From Macrostomum hystrix (lineage: Eukaryota; Animalia; Platyhelminthes), in contig CATNEN010000003.1 of NCBI GenBank assembly GCA_950097015.1, forward strand, positions 3,906,001-3,970,000: a stretch of DNA of 64,000 nt, written 5' to 3'. The translations under genes were made by a program, and so were the position numbers. The notes under the pieces are model-generated. The model had not been told where the DNA came from. It made no database searches and was given only the letters and a program-made list of their open reading frames with translations. Position 1 is the first letter of the stretch; each line of letters opens with the position of its first letter. Shown here piece after piece: positions 47,348 through 59,586 of this stretch.

Positions 47348-49699
47348 GACCCAATATTACAGAAGTGACAAATGCGATTCCCAATGAAAGATGAAGTATG
47401 AATATAATCTCTCTTTGGTTATTTATTTGTTGAAGCTTCTTGACTGATATGAAATGAAAAGGCATTGGATCATTTATAATTAAATACGCAGTTACATAAC
47501 AAAAAGGTAGACTTGAAACAAAGGAACGATGAGAGAATAAAGATAAAAACATTAAAAGGTTAAAATTCAAACGAAAACTACATTTTTAGCTTGTTTTATC
47601 CAAATCATTACATTTTACCACAAATAGGTCAATTTAGTGTGGTGTCAGCTACGAGCTAAATGAGAAACTTTATGTAGTACTACTTTCTCCTGATAATAAT
47701 CCTTAAAAATGTTAATCTTCAAAACTAAACATACATGACTTTGATTATATATAATTACTAATTAACTGAAAAATGACAAGCTTCATTTACAACAAACTAA
47801 CATTTCAAAACACAAACATTTGAGATAGGCCTCGGTTTTTTATAATTCCTAGAAATCTTTTCCAGCGAAAACTTAGTATTTTGTTTAAACTTTACGTAAA
47901 ATTTGTTTAAATGCACCAATTTGTTTGAATGCACCAATTTGTTTAAATCGCACCAAAAATAAATTGTTTTAATGAAATCGCGGAGGTGAGGAGGAGAAGA
48001 AGTTTGAGTATGAGTATGAGTATAAGTTTGAGTACACACAAGCGAAAGAGACAAGAATATACCCCACCCTCGTCTGAGAAGGAGTTCAGAATAAAGAAAG
48101 CTTGAATCTTAAAGTGTTAGTGTTGAAGTTATTTGAAAGAGACATTGCGAAAGAAAAGTAAACAGAGTAAGGGAGAGCTGTAAATATAGATCCATTGGTA
48201 AATCCCAAGACGGACTGAAGATTGAATCGAAGGTTGAATTGAAGATTGAACGGAAGATTGAACTGAAGATTGAATTGAAGATAGATTGAAAAGTAATTGA
48301 AGAGTGATAAAGACTGATAAAGACTGATAAAGAAGGATAAGGACCGATAAAGAGTACTTGCAGAAATAAAACATCAAAGTTGTAAAAAGAAGTGAATATC
48401 GGCTATAGAAGATAAATATCGGCCATATTGAACATATAATGCTAACAGATTAAAATACATAAACTCTACCAATTTGAATTGAAATAAGAAGTGCATAAAG
48501 CGAATAATTAAAGACATTCATAAGATCAACATAAAGATAGTAGCCTATTTTAATCAGGTGTAAGCCCTAGGACAACTTTGGTAACAGCAGTAGGATTAAA
48601 TTAGCCCTACAACACATTGAAAATGGAAAGTCAGCTACATGTCTAAAACAGATTAGAGGGCCAATCTGATGCAAATCTTCATGATCTAGTGCCAATAATC
48701 CTAAATTACTCACTAGGTTTTGCTAATAAAACCAACCTGATCTACATAGTAGCTTGTCAGCACAATACCAGTACTTTAACCTCCATATTCTGTGCCAATA
48801 ACTGTAATGATCTAAACAGCTCTGTGCAATAATACTTTATCTTTAGATCTTCATAATGCTGATTCTGTTTGAAGTTAAAATACACTGAGTCTGAAAAGAA
48901 AAAATTAATATAGAATAAAGACAAACTAAAATGTATCCATGAAAGTATAATTCTTCATCTTTATAATATATTATATGATACATTAAAAATAACTATCACT
49001 CAAAAGTGCAAATTTGTAAGAGAGAGTTTTTGATGCATTTTATTTGATGGTCAGTTTATTATTATTTTGTAATTTATTGTCAAGGGGTAAGAATTTAATA
49101 ACATTTTGGTACCAAATACTAGCGTTAAATATTTATTGCTCACAGTAAAATTCTTTTCTTTTAACTCTTTTATCTCTAGAATACAAAAAAAACTATTTGA
49201 AAGATTCTAAAATTTATATTTATTGCTAATATTGGACTATGTTCTCAGAAATACATACAGAAAAACAGCACTTAACCTTTTTTTAAACCTGAATCAAGTA
49301 TAATTAAGTCTCTTGAATATTTAATAAATTAGCTGCATCTACATGTGTTCTTTTCCTTGTCCAATATAGGCTTTCCATTAGAACAGTATAAATCTATACA
49401 TGTCCATCTGCTACATAAATAAAATGATTAGCTGATACTTATCAAAACTGTATAAAATTTAGAAAAAAAGAGTATCATACTTTAGTTTTATTTATAGGAA
49501 GATATAAAAACATTTCTATATATATCACATAGTTGGGCAATATTCTACTTCACTTCCATTTGTTATATTATTTTTTTGTTTGAATTCGTGCTACATGTGC
49601 ATTCTGAGTTTGAAAAGTTGTGCTGATGTGGCTTTGCCGTGACTTGACACTTGGATCTATGTCTATGGCAAAATCTGGCAAATATGGGGGAACAGGAAG

Positions 49700-49890
49700 C
49701 TAAGGCACAGAAATTCTGCAGCTGAAGATTTTGCGAAGGCCAAGCTGTGTCAAATGCATGGCACGAGTGCTGCTTTATTCGGAAGGCACCTCGAAGAATT
49801 CTTATGGTGCTGTCGATACCCCAAGAATAGCTCAAGTTCAAGAAGTTCAAGAATGGTGCCCTCCTCTACTGGATTAGGCACTTAACCGGT
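49700..49890 (+). pseudogene. Probable degenerate Merlin/ISXO2 (IS1595-like) transposase C-terminal fragment
   Basis: One + frame reads AKAKLCQMHGTSAALFGRHLEEFLWCCRY (49733-49819), resembling the Merlin end motif K...HGTS..LF..YL.EF.WR.R. No intact ORF and no TIR pair found. Confidence 0.55.
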
Positions 49891-50084
49891 TTGAAAGAAG
49901 AAAGACTGACCAAGACTTTTCAGAACTGTCTGACCAAAATACTGACTTTTTGTTACTGTTAAACTTGTTTTTTTGTTGTTATCTGTTGTTTGCAAACAAA
50001 AAATAATATAACGAACGGAAGTAGAACATTGCCCATAGTTGTATTACCTAAATATTCGGTCAAACCTTGAGTTCACATAGTATG

Positions 50085-50441
50085 CCTAGCCCAGCAGTTT
50101 ATACATTTGCTTCTCACACCAAGGTACTTGAGCTTGATTCTGTGGTGAGGTTGCATTTATTTGGGGCATAGCCATGGAGAGAATGCTTGGATGCTTGTAA
50201 TGCAATTTATACCCTTGAGGGCCAACCTCCATGGCAGTGTACACTGCCTGACAATCAGAAAGTCAGTGCAGATGTACACACCTATGTGAGTGTGTGCCTG
50301 TGTAAAGTATCAATTATGTGTTTATGTTTGCCTCACAAGTCAGCAGAAAGGGCAGAATTGTTTCTTTGCTGGATGTGGCTCTTGTGTCACCAAAAGATCT
50401 CCCTTGGCCCACATTGGCCTAGCCCTTATTATTATTATTAT
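50085..50441 (+). mobile_element. tRNA-derived SINE, copy 3 (older, CpG-depleted)
   Basis: Diverged but collinear with the other copies; (TTA)n tail. Confidence 0.8.
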
Positions 50442-51474
50442 ACTTAGCTCTAATCTGATAATTTTTTATGTTCAAATTATTTTTTATTTTAATTTAAATT
50501 ATAAAAACATGTATGTAAACTGGCCAGCATAATAGAATTGTCTACTATATGATACTTATGTATATAATTATTACTTTTTTAGATTTTAAAGAATGCTATC
50601 TAAAAAAACAATTGGCTGACTTAAATGCTGGCTTAAGGTGCACCAAAATGACCTAAATATATAATGTAATTGTGCTAATAAATTAAGTTAGGTCTCTTTT
50701 CAGTAGGCATAGGCCTAGGCCTACTTAAGATTATTAGTAGGGCCTACCTTATCTGGGACTCTCTAATAGGCCGAATTAATCGTAGATATAATCTATAACA
50801 AAAACACATTGAATTTTTAATTTTAGGCCCTATTGTACCTATAGACTATGTCTATACTATAGTCATATGCCATGGCCTATGCCTATGGGCTATGGCTGAG
50901 TATTGCTATGGTCCTAGGTCCTTTGGTTTAGAAGACAAACCAAAAATTATTCTAGTTTTTTTAATTTAACTTATGAATATCAAGCAATTTCTGCCAACGT
51001 GGCATAATGTTGACATTATGTAGTGAAACTTTGTCAAACTTTGATCAGCTCTGAAGAATTTTCGAATTTTGGCTGTGGAGATAGATAAGAAAATAAGTTA
51101 CTAAATTGGAAAACAGCTCTACTTTTTAGCTCTGAAAATTCAAACACAAAAGCTTTTTTTAATATGACTTAAAGTACATAAAAGTATACAAACGTGCCTA
51201 TAAAAGTGTTTTGTAAGTGAGTGCGAATGCGAATATGCGATGTAACTCCGCGGATGCGATCGATGCGAAACGTAATTTTTTATACCTTAGTAATTTGTCA
51301 TTTAAATTTGTGCAAAATCCAAGGGCCTCAAGTACATTATTACGACATTTAGTTTGTTTAGCTTTTGATTTTGTAAATAGGTTAAACTAAACTTAAACTG
51401 CAGTTTAAGTTCATTTTCAGTTTTTAGCTACTCGAACGCACCCATTTGATACTCGTATTCGTAAGTCGTGCCGT

Positions 51475-51640
51475 TCTTATAAGACGTTTCTGTTGTGTAT
51501 TGCAAATGTATGCAACGCGTAGGAATAGTTCGGAGACAGGGTTTCTAGAAACTTCCACAGCAGGACTTGTTTACGCATAGTTCCAGAAGCTTCCTCTCCC
51601 CGTCTTTCTAGAACTCTCTTTCCCCGCGTGCATAAATATA
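51475..51640. promoter_or_regulatory. Cluster of three heat-shock elements with a forkhead (DBE) site and TATA-like boxes on both sides
   Basis: TTCtaGAAacTTC 51543-51555; TTCcaGAAgcTTC 51581-51593; TTCtaGAActCTC 51606-51618; TTGTTTAC 51567-51574; CATAAATATA (+) 51631-51640; TATAAGAA (-) 51482-51475. Confidence 0.75.
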
Positions 51641-54050
51641 CGAGCCGCCCTCCTATTGGCCAAGCTTACCGCGCCACGCAACACGGACTGGCTGTGTCAA
51701 CTGAGAACCCGGATAAATTATTTATTGTGTTTTTGTGTTAGTTAATTCAACAACAGAACAGTTTCGAAGTTTGCGTATAAAGAATTTTGACTTATTTGTT
51801 GACCTCTTTCAGCAAAGACAAATGCTTAAGGGGCCATTTTGCCATTCTTTTATATTCGTTTTTTGCCGGAGGGTTGTAAGAATTATCTTAAGAATAGTTA
51901 ATTTGCTGACAACAGTAATACCTGTCGAGAGGTAAATTCCGATTATTCCAGAACACACACACATCCATGCACGAGTGCGTGTTTTACGCGTAATAATATC
52001 TTTCTGCTACTTGTCGTCATCTTCAAAGTAAAACATTTGACTAAATAATGTATTATCATGACACCTCTTTGACGACGTTGCGTTCCTGTTTCGAGATCCG
52101 AATTGCTGGGCAGCTGGGCCGACTAAATAAAGATATACTTTCATTTTCCTGATCTCCCAGTCTCATCCAGTTAACATATCTCTAAATACGAAAACCGCGT
52201 GCAGTCGTTGTAAATTGAATTCAGTGCTGCAGCACCATTTGTACGATACCTAAATTTTAAATGGCTTAGTGCTGCAACTTAGTTAAGAATAGATAACGTT
52301 AATTATCTACGTTAACTAACGTTAACGTAGTTTTTACGTTAGTTTTTATGCATGTTATTAATTCCTATTCGATTCCTAAATTCAATTTTGGTAATTAACT
52401 CACAAGATTATTATATATCATGACTACGCTCGTATTTTAAACCATTGCTACTAAATAATAGATATTTAGAGTGCCTGCTGCTGAATAGTACTTCATTAGT
52501 ACATTAGTACATGCACTCGTACACTCAAGTAGATATAGTAATAGTGCTCTTTATTTAATAATCGAAATTGACGTAATGTACATTACTAGCAATTATTAAC
52601 AGTGCATATTGTTACGCTTAAGTTACAAAATACGAGCATTAATTTTCTTCCTAATTAAATCAAGCTAAACGATAAATTAAAAAAACATCATGAGGCGGTT
52701 AACACCAAAACTCTTCGGAGATATGCAGATCAATATTCGTTGTATCATTTTGGAGCGGTTATTTTTAATTTGGGGACTACTAATGAAGGCGTATTATCAA
52801 GTTGTATGTATTGAAATTCAATTTCCACGACTTGTAATTGTGCCTTGCTAAACTTTGGGCTATAGTGGGAGAGTGAGGTTGCATGGTACAACTGTCTATA
52901 TATAGGTAAGTCAAAGCTAGTAGGCTCCCAAAATCATTAAGTTGCCACTAAATTATTGTGACAAGATTGAAATTGATAAGAAATTTGCATTAAACGATAA
53001 AATTATGCTTTTGCTAAAGTTTAAATATCTAGAGATTCAATCCCTTCTTAAAAAGTCTGTGCCGCGCTTCGTTGGTGAAATGCTATAACCGCGGCTTTGT
53101 GTGAAAACTGTACTGCTATGAGTATTATTGTCCCGAATTTATATTAGAGGGTACATTATATTAAATAATTTTCTATAAAGTTAGCCGGGAATGAGGAAGG
53201 AAAGAATTATATTTAACTATTTAACAACCCACGAGCAGGCAATGGTTTATTGATGATGAGAAATGATGGGTGAATTGAGCTTGCCCTTGATTGAGCTTGA
53301 ATTGAGGAACAGGGAAAGGGGTCACTTTTCGGAGATAAACAATTCGGATTATATTGGGGATAAACCACGCATCACGCGCGTGAACCATGATGTAAAGTCT
53401 CCATCGACCCAGCCTTGACCCTGCGCAGTGTACAACCGAGCCCTGCCACGTTCTGATTGGCCCGACGTTGTACAATAGGCTTGGGGGAGGTGGGCGGGTG
53501 TTATTTCAAAATATCATTGCATAATAGGCTAATAAATTACGCATTCGCTAAATGATTACTTAAACTACGTATGATAATATTCATTTTTAAAGGCCAATTT
53601 GAAGAGATTGATAAATTCAAGTTACATTGCGGAAAAGTACTACAAAGTTCTCGTAAATTACAAGGACATTTAAAGGTTAAGCTTTTTTCATGCTTCAGTG
53701 AACCAGAACAATGGGAAGCGGATGTGGGGTGGGTGTTTCGAGGGGTCTGAGGGGTCTGACTCGTCGAGTCATGTGATTCGACCTTCCAGGCTGGCCTCTC
53801 AAGGCTCCCATTCACTTCTATGGTATGGGGAATTAAAAAGAGTAAATTTAACATTAAAATCTCTTTGGATCGAGTTTTGACTCCTCAATTACAACGCTTT
53901 ACGCTGCGGCAATTTGAGTAATCAAACCACTATTTAAACATTATGTAGAGCTAGCTCTAATTATTAAATTAACGTAAACGTAATTAAAAAACTCACAAAG
54001 CACGTATGACCGATCTCTCTTCATGTAAATGTACATGTAATCAGGAAATT

Positions 54051-57000
54051 TTAATTGTCATAGGTTGCGGGCGGTATTAGCTCAAACAGTCGTACACCAG
54101 ACACATCCCCAATTGTCATGCTGTTAGTCTTGTAGTGCGCCACCAGCTGATCTAGGCTGGCGTGCCACTGACCATTCTTCGCGTCGACGGAGTACTGCCG
54201 TAGCCCCGTCGAGCCTAACTGTCTCTGTTGCACAATCAGATGATAGGTCTCGTCTCGCTGCCATAGAATAGAGAGCACAATTTTTTGTCCCGCACTCTGC
54301 CTGAGTAGGAATGAGCCAGGCTTAGTATGCTTGAGCAGTAGCTCGGCTGTTTTTCGGTCAATATGGGTGTGCACCAGATGATCATAGTTCACCGTCTGAT
54401 TGCCTTCCGGGTAGGATACTGGTCTTTGTCGACGAAGCACTGCAGATAGGCATGAACGATCCAGCAGCTGGTTGCAGTGTTGACAGTAATAGCCCTGTGT
54501 TGGATGTTTGGGTAAAGGACATTTCTCTGGAATCAATTTTCTCAGGTGAAAACACTTCTAGCTTGAGAAGTTTCTATAGCCTGTTAAGGGGGTCACTGGC
54601 GGAGCGTTTCACGCGTTTGCCTCTCGTGCCAATGTCCCTGAGCTCGATTCCGCGGCGAGGCCATATTAAATTGGGGCGCAGCCGCGGAGAGAAGGCTTGG
54701 GGGCTTGTCGTGCAATTTACGCCCTTAAAGGGCCAACCTCCAAGGCACAGTGAGAGTGTACACTGCCTGACGACGAGAAAGTCAGGGCAGATGTACACAC
54801 CTGTTTGAACTCGTGCCTACGTACAGTATCTGTGTGCGTGTGAGCTCAGTAGTCAGCGAAATGGGCAGAAATGCCTCCTCGCTGGCTGCGGGTCTAGTGT
54901 CACCAAATGATGTGCCATTGCCCGCAGCCCTCTGCTAGTTTCTAGCTTGTAAAGTTTCCACAGCCTGTAGTGTTTCTAGCTTGTGAAGTTTCTAGGTTGT
55001 GAAGTATCTATATCTAGCTTGTAATGTTTCTTGACTGTGAGTTTTTTGTAGCTGCCGCGTTGGCCAGATTGTGAAAATAATTAAACAATGGAGTAATCGA
55101 GCCTAGCTACAAGGAATAGCCTAGCTCCATAAAATGCGAGTGTTACGTGCTGTATGCATATACGCTACTTTCGTCGTCCTTGCTTCACGTTCGGGTGAAA
55201 TTGGGCTTCTAGAAATCCACTTGAATACCGCCAGTCTCTCTCACCTGAAAGCACAGTCCAGAAAAAATTTCGTTACAACGCGAGCAGGCGCTCTCCTCAG
55301 GCACAGTGACCCGTTGGAAATAGTGTCCCGAGCTGTTGTAGCCGCTGGGAAAATTCGTTGCTAGGGTCTCAGCCAACTGTGTCCACAGATTTGAGCCGAA
55401 CCGAGTCGCCGAGTAGGGCTTCATCTTGCCACCGCCGCCGCCAGCCCGACTAAACTGAATGAGCCCGATGCCCGACTGTCTCAGCTGCAACCCGTCAGGA
55501 TCGCCGAACACGCACTCCAACTGCAGTTCGCCTTCGGTTAGAGGCACTTCGAATAAAAACTCTAGGCGAGGCTGCGTGCCGGTTGAAGAGGCCACCTTGG
55601 CTACGATGAGGTGCTGATCAGTCAGCAGGCAGTAGCAGTCGAACGAATTCCCGTCTTTACCCAGCTTCATTCGAAACTGGCCATCGCCGCGGTGAAGGCC
55701 GACGTTCTCCAAGCGTCCCAGATGCTCCGGCAGGCCGTACACCGACTGCAGTAGCTGCGTGGTGGCCGCGGCATGCTCAGACCAGCGCTTCTTCTCGTTC
55801 AGATGGCACAACAGTCGGCGACATTCCTGGAGGGCGTTCTCTACCTAAATGCAATTCGACTTTCTTTTGCGAGGTAGCATTATCAAACGCGCTGCAGCGT
55901 TTCTATTTCTATTAAAAATGCCTATTTGTTCACAATTTTATCCGACAAGCATTTATTACAAATGCACACTAGGCTGAAATTAAAGTTTATAATTGTAGTA
56001 CGGAAACTCAATTCTATTTTCAAGCGCACTGCAGTACAACGATTTTTGCATATGGTTATTTATAGCCTCAGAATGCCGACTGTTTGAACCATAGACAACA
56101 GATTCCATACTAAAATGAAGCCTGTTAAATATCCAATAAATAAGCAAACTGATTTTGTAATATAAAGAATAAGGCCCGCGAACTTAATCTATGGGTTTAA
56201 AGTTTCGTGCCTTAAAACTCAAGACAAGCAAGGCGAGACAAGACAGCGCAAGACAGCGCACCCACCCCACAGCCAGAGCACAAACAACCCCCGGGCACCG
56301 CTAACAGCGATTGGCCAGCCAATCTACACTCGTTTAAAAAATCTATCTTTGCCATAGACAATTCGGCCAATGGAGAGTTAAAGCTCGAGCCCCGAAAAAA
56401 TCGCCATCCCGAAAACTCCGACCCCAAAACTCTGAAGCAATGCAGAGTTAAGTGTCTTGCTAAAGGGCACATTATCTTGCTGTTGCTATTAGCCTTGCTA
56501 TAGGGTTGTAAATCACTACTAAACTATTATTTTCATACTACTCTAGTGAGTAATAAACTAGTCACGCACCGAGCTCATGGCTTTCTCGCACTCGGCTTTC
56601 GTTTCCAGCGACTCTTTTCCGAGCGTGCCTAGCAGCCTATCAAACAGCAGCTGGTAGTTGAACACCTGCTTCAACGGTGAGTCGTACATCAGGCTAAACG
56701 ATTCGGTCTTGAAGTGGGTCTCGAGCAGTCGCAGCTGCCTAGACAGGTGCGGATTAGCCGCGAACTCCTTATCGAGTTTCGCTTTGGCTTGAAGGTGATC
56801 AGAAAAGAATTTTCCATACACGGCCGATAATCCGGGTTTGATCTCGTTGAAGGCGCTGGAAAGGTTGACGCAGAAAGACAGAGCGCCTTGTTCGGCTAGC
56901 TTGTCCAGGCGTTCTTTAAACTGCGCGTGCACCTTCAGCAACTGTCCGGTGAGACGAAATGTCGACTCGACCAAGGCTGGACTCCACTCGGACAGAAGGC

Positions 57001-58141
57001 TCAGTAGTTCCTGATGAAATTTGCCGAGGTTGGTCAGCCGAACAACGATTTGACTCTCCAGGTGACGGATTTCGACGACAATATTTTCTAGCTGGCTGAT
57101 TGGCTGCTCCTTGATGTCAATTTCCGAATAGGTTTCTTCTGACAGTCGCCGCAACATCAACGTTGCATTGGGCTGCGAATCAGATACGAAGGACTCATGA
57201 GTTTCTTTGACAAATCATGAGAAATCATGCTTAGGCCAAATCAATTAATTTGGGGTGCAGACGCACTGAGAAGGCTTTGGGGCTTGTCGTGTAATTTATG
57301 CCCCATTAAGGGCCAACCCCAAGGTGTTAGCGGGGTACACTACCTGACAGTGGGAAATTCCGGGATGTACACACCCAAGTACGTTATCTGTGAGCGTGTA
57401 CTCAAACTCTGGACCCAATCACGACACGCACTCACCCTACCCCGAACCCGACCTGGACACCCTACCCCGAACCTGACCAGGACACCCTACCCCGAACCCG
57501 ACATGGACACCCTACCCCGAACCTGACCTGGACACCCCACCCTGAACCCGACATGGACACCCCACCCTGAACCTGACCTGGACACCCTTACCCTGAACCC
57601 GACATGGACACCCTACCCCGAACCTGACCTTGACACCCTACCCCGAACCTGACCTTGACACCCTACCCCGAACCCGACCTGGACACCCTGCCATGAATCC
57701 GACCTGGACACCCTACATTCGCTATAAGAGAGCCAGTGTCAGAAGCCAGCGTCAAACACTAACCTGCTTTTTAGGCAACAGCAAGAGCTCTTTCAGAGCC
57801 GTCAGCACTCGATTGGGCTGTTTCAGCAGCAGCAGATCGTCTGGTTCAAACAGCGCATTGTTTGGCAATTTAAAGTATTCTTTGCACTTCTTCAAAAAGA
57901 ATGCCACATTTCTGCGACCCAGCAGCTCCGAGTTGATTGAATAGAACGAGACCGTCCCGTCGGCATCTGGTGACACTTCGCCGTTGCTAAGGACGCTCAA
58001 CAGGCAGCAGAAAACCTCCCCGTCAGCCAGCAGTCGGCAGAGGTCCTCGGGTGAGTAGCACTGCTGACCGAAATCGTCATCTTTGTTCAACAGCCGACGT
58101 AGCTGCTGCAGGCAGTCTGACACCACTGACTGAGCTGACAT
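54051..58141 (-). CDS. vav: Vav-like Rho GEF (CH-DH-PH-C1-SH2), 4 coding exons, ~674 aa
   Basis: Exons 58141-57764, 57172-56570, 55844-55245, 54494-54051, all phase 0 and GT-AG. CH (LADGEVFCCLL...NVAFFLKKC...LFEPDDL), acidic Tyr site EETYSEI, DH (SPLKQVFNYQLLFDRLL...LNEKKR), PH, C1 (HYF...CSRC...QGYYCQHC) and SH2 (GSFLLRQS). Confidence 0.82.
54588..54935 (+). mobile_element. tRNA-derived SINE, copy 4, in Vav intron 3
   Basis: A/B boxes TGGCGGAGCG and GAGCTCGATTCC; longest copy of the family in the window. Confidence 0.85.
57232..57400 (+). mobile_element. 5'-truncated degenerate SINE, copy 5
   Basis: GGGGTGCAG...GAGAAGGCTTTGGGGCTTGTCGTG...AAGGGCCAACC...GTACACT matches the SINE body. Confidence 0.7.
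57430..57715. repeat. 25-bp minisatellite GACACCCTACCCCGAACCCGACATG in Vav intron 1
   Basis: Tandem repetition. Confidence 0.9.
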
Positions 58142-58584
58142 CGCAGTTGTTTGACTGCGCAGAATAACAAGTCACTCCCGGGTCTGTGGTTGACTTTCCA
58201 CCAAATTTACTGCAGCCTAAATACATTGGATTGGCAATGCACACGCTCTGGCACCTTATCAGCTGATATTTTTAAAGCAGACCGAGGGAAATGTGGAAGG
58301 TTCTGCTTCGCTTTTCGAGCTGCGAAATTCATGTACTACAGTTAAATTTAACTCTCAAAGTGTTATTCTTTGGGGGTTGCAAAGACCTGTAGATAACGTA
58401 GATAACAAAAAATTGTCCGTATGTTTGTTTGCGGATTCAAATAAGGTGAAAGACGTTTTTTTCGAATAAAAAAAGAGAAATTAGGATAGGATCTTTGCAG
58501 AAGAACTCTTTTAGGTAGCTGCTGAATAATGTCACAAAACATTTCACAAAACAAAATTACCCAAAATTAGTTACAAATTCACAA

Positions 58585-59340
58585 ATCTGCAGTGGCATTG
58601 CCCTAATCTGAGGTGGCATTCCCCTAATCTGAGGTGGCATTGCCCTAATCTGAGGTGGCATTCCCCTAATCTGAGGTGGCATTCCCCTAATCTGGGGTGG
58701 CATTCCCCTAATCTGAGGTGGCATTCCCCTAATCTGGGGTGGCATTCCCTTAATCTGAGGTGGCATTCCCCTAATCTGAGGTGGCATTGCCCTAATCTGG
58801 GGTGACATTCCCCTAATCTGAGGTGGCATTCCCCTAATCTGAGGTGGCATTGCCCTAATCTGGGGTGGCATTCCCCTAATCTGAGGTGGCATTGCCCTAA
58901 TCTGGGGTGGCATTCCCCTAATCTGAGGTGGCATTCCCCTAATCTGAGGTGGCATTCCCCTAATCTGGGGTGGCATTCCCCTAATCTGAGGTGGCATTCC
59001 CCTAATCTGAGGTGGCATTCCCCTAATCTGAGGTGGCATTCCCCTAATCTGGGGTGGCATTCCCCTAATCTGAGGTGGCATTCCCCTAATCTGAGGTGGC
59101 ATTCCCCTAATCTGAGGTGGCATTGCCCTAATCTGAGGTGGCATTCTCCTAATCTGAGGTGGCATTCCCCTAATCTGGGGTGGCATTCCCCTAATCTGAT
59201 GTGGCATTCCCCTAATCTGAGGTGGCATTGCCCTAATCTGGGGTGGCATTCCCCTAATCTGAGGTGGCATTGCCCTAATCTGGGGTGGCATTGCCCTAAT
59301 CTGAGGTGGCATTGCCCAAATCTGAGGTGGCATTGCCCAA
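58585..59340. repeat. 21-bp minisatellite CTAATCTGAGGTGGCATTCCC
   Basis: Tandem repetition; produces the MPPQIRG pseudo-ORF. Confidence 0.95.
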
Positions 59341-59586
59341 TTATCCACAAATCTGACTCAAATCAAAATACTTGTAGTAAACCCAAAAAATTGATTTCCA
59401 AATATTTCTGTAATCACAATGCAAAAAGACGGGGCACAGTAGATCATTTATGGTCGCATTTGGCATGAATGCGAAATGAACGCTAACTTCGATAATATCT
59501 TTCAATTCTTACTCTCTTTTTTAATGGTAGAGCTAGGGCAAAACCATATCTCGTGTCTTATCTTTACAGTAGATTAAATTCCAAAA

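Noticed and set aside
52295-52345. AT-rich hairpin CTACGTTAAC/GTTAACGTAG as a pre-miRNA
   Set aside because: The perfect stem is only 10 bp and built from low-complexity AACGTT units.
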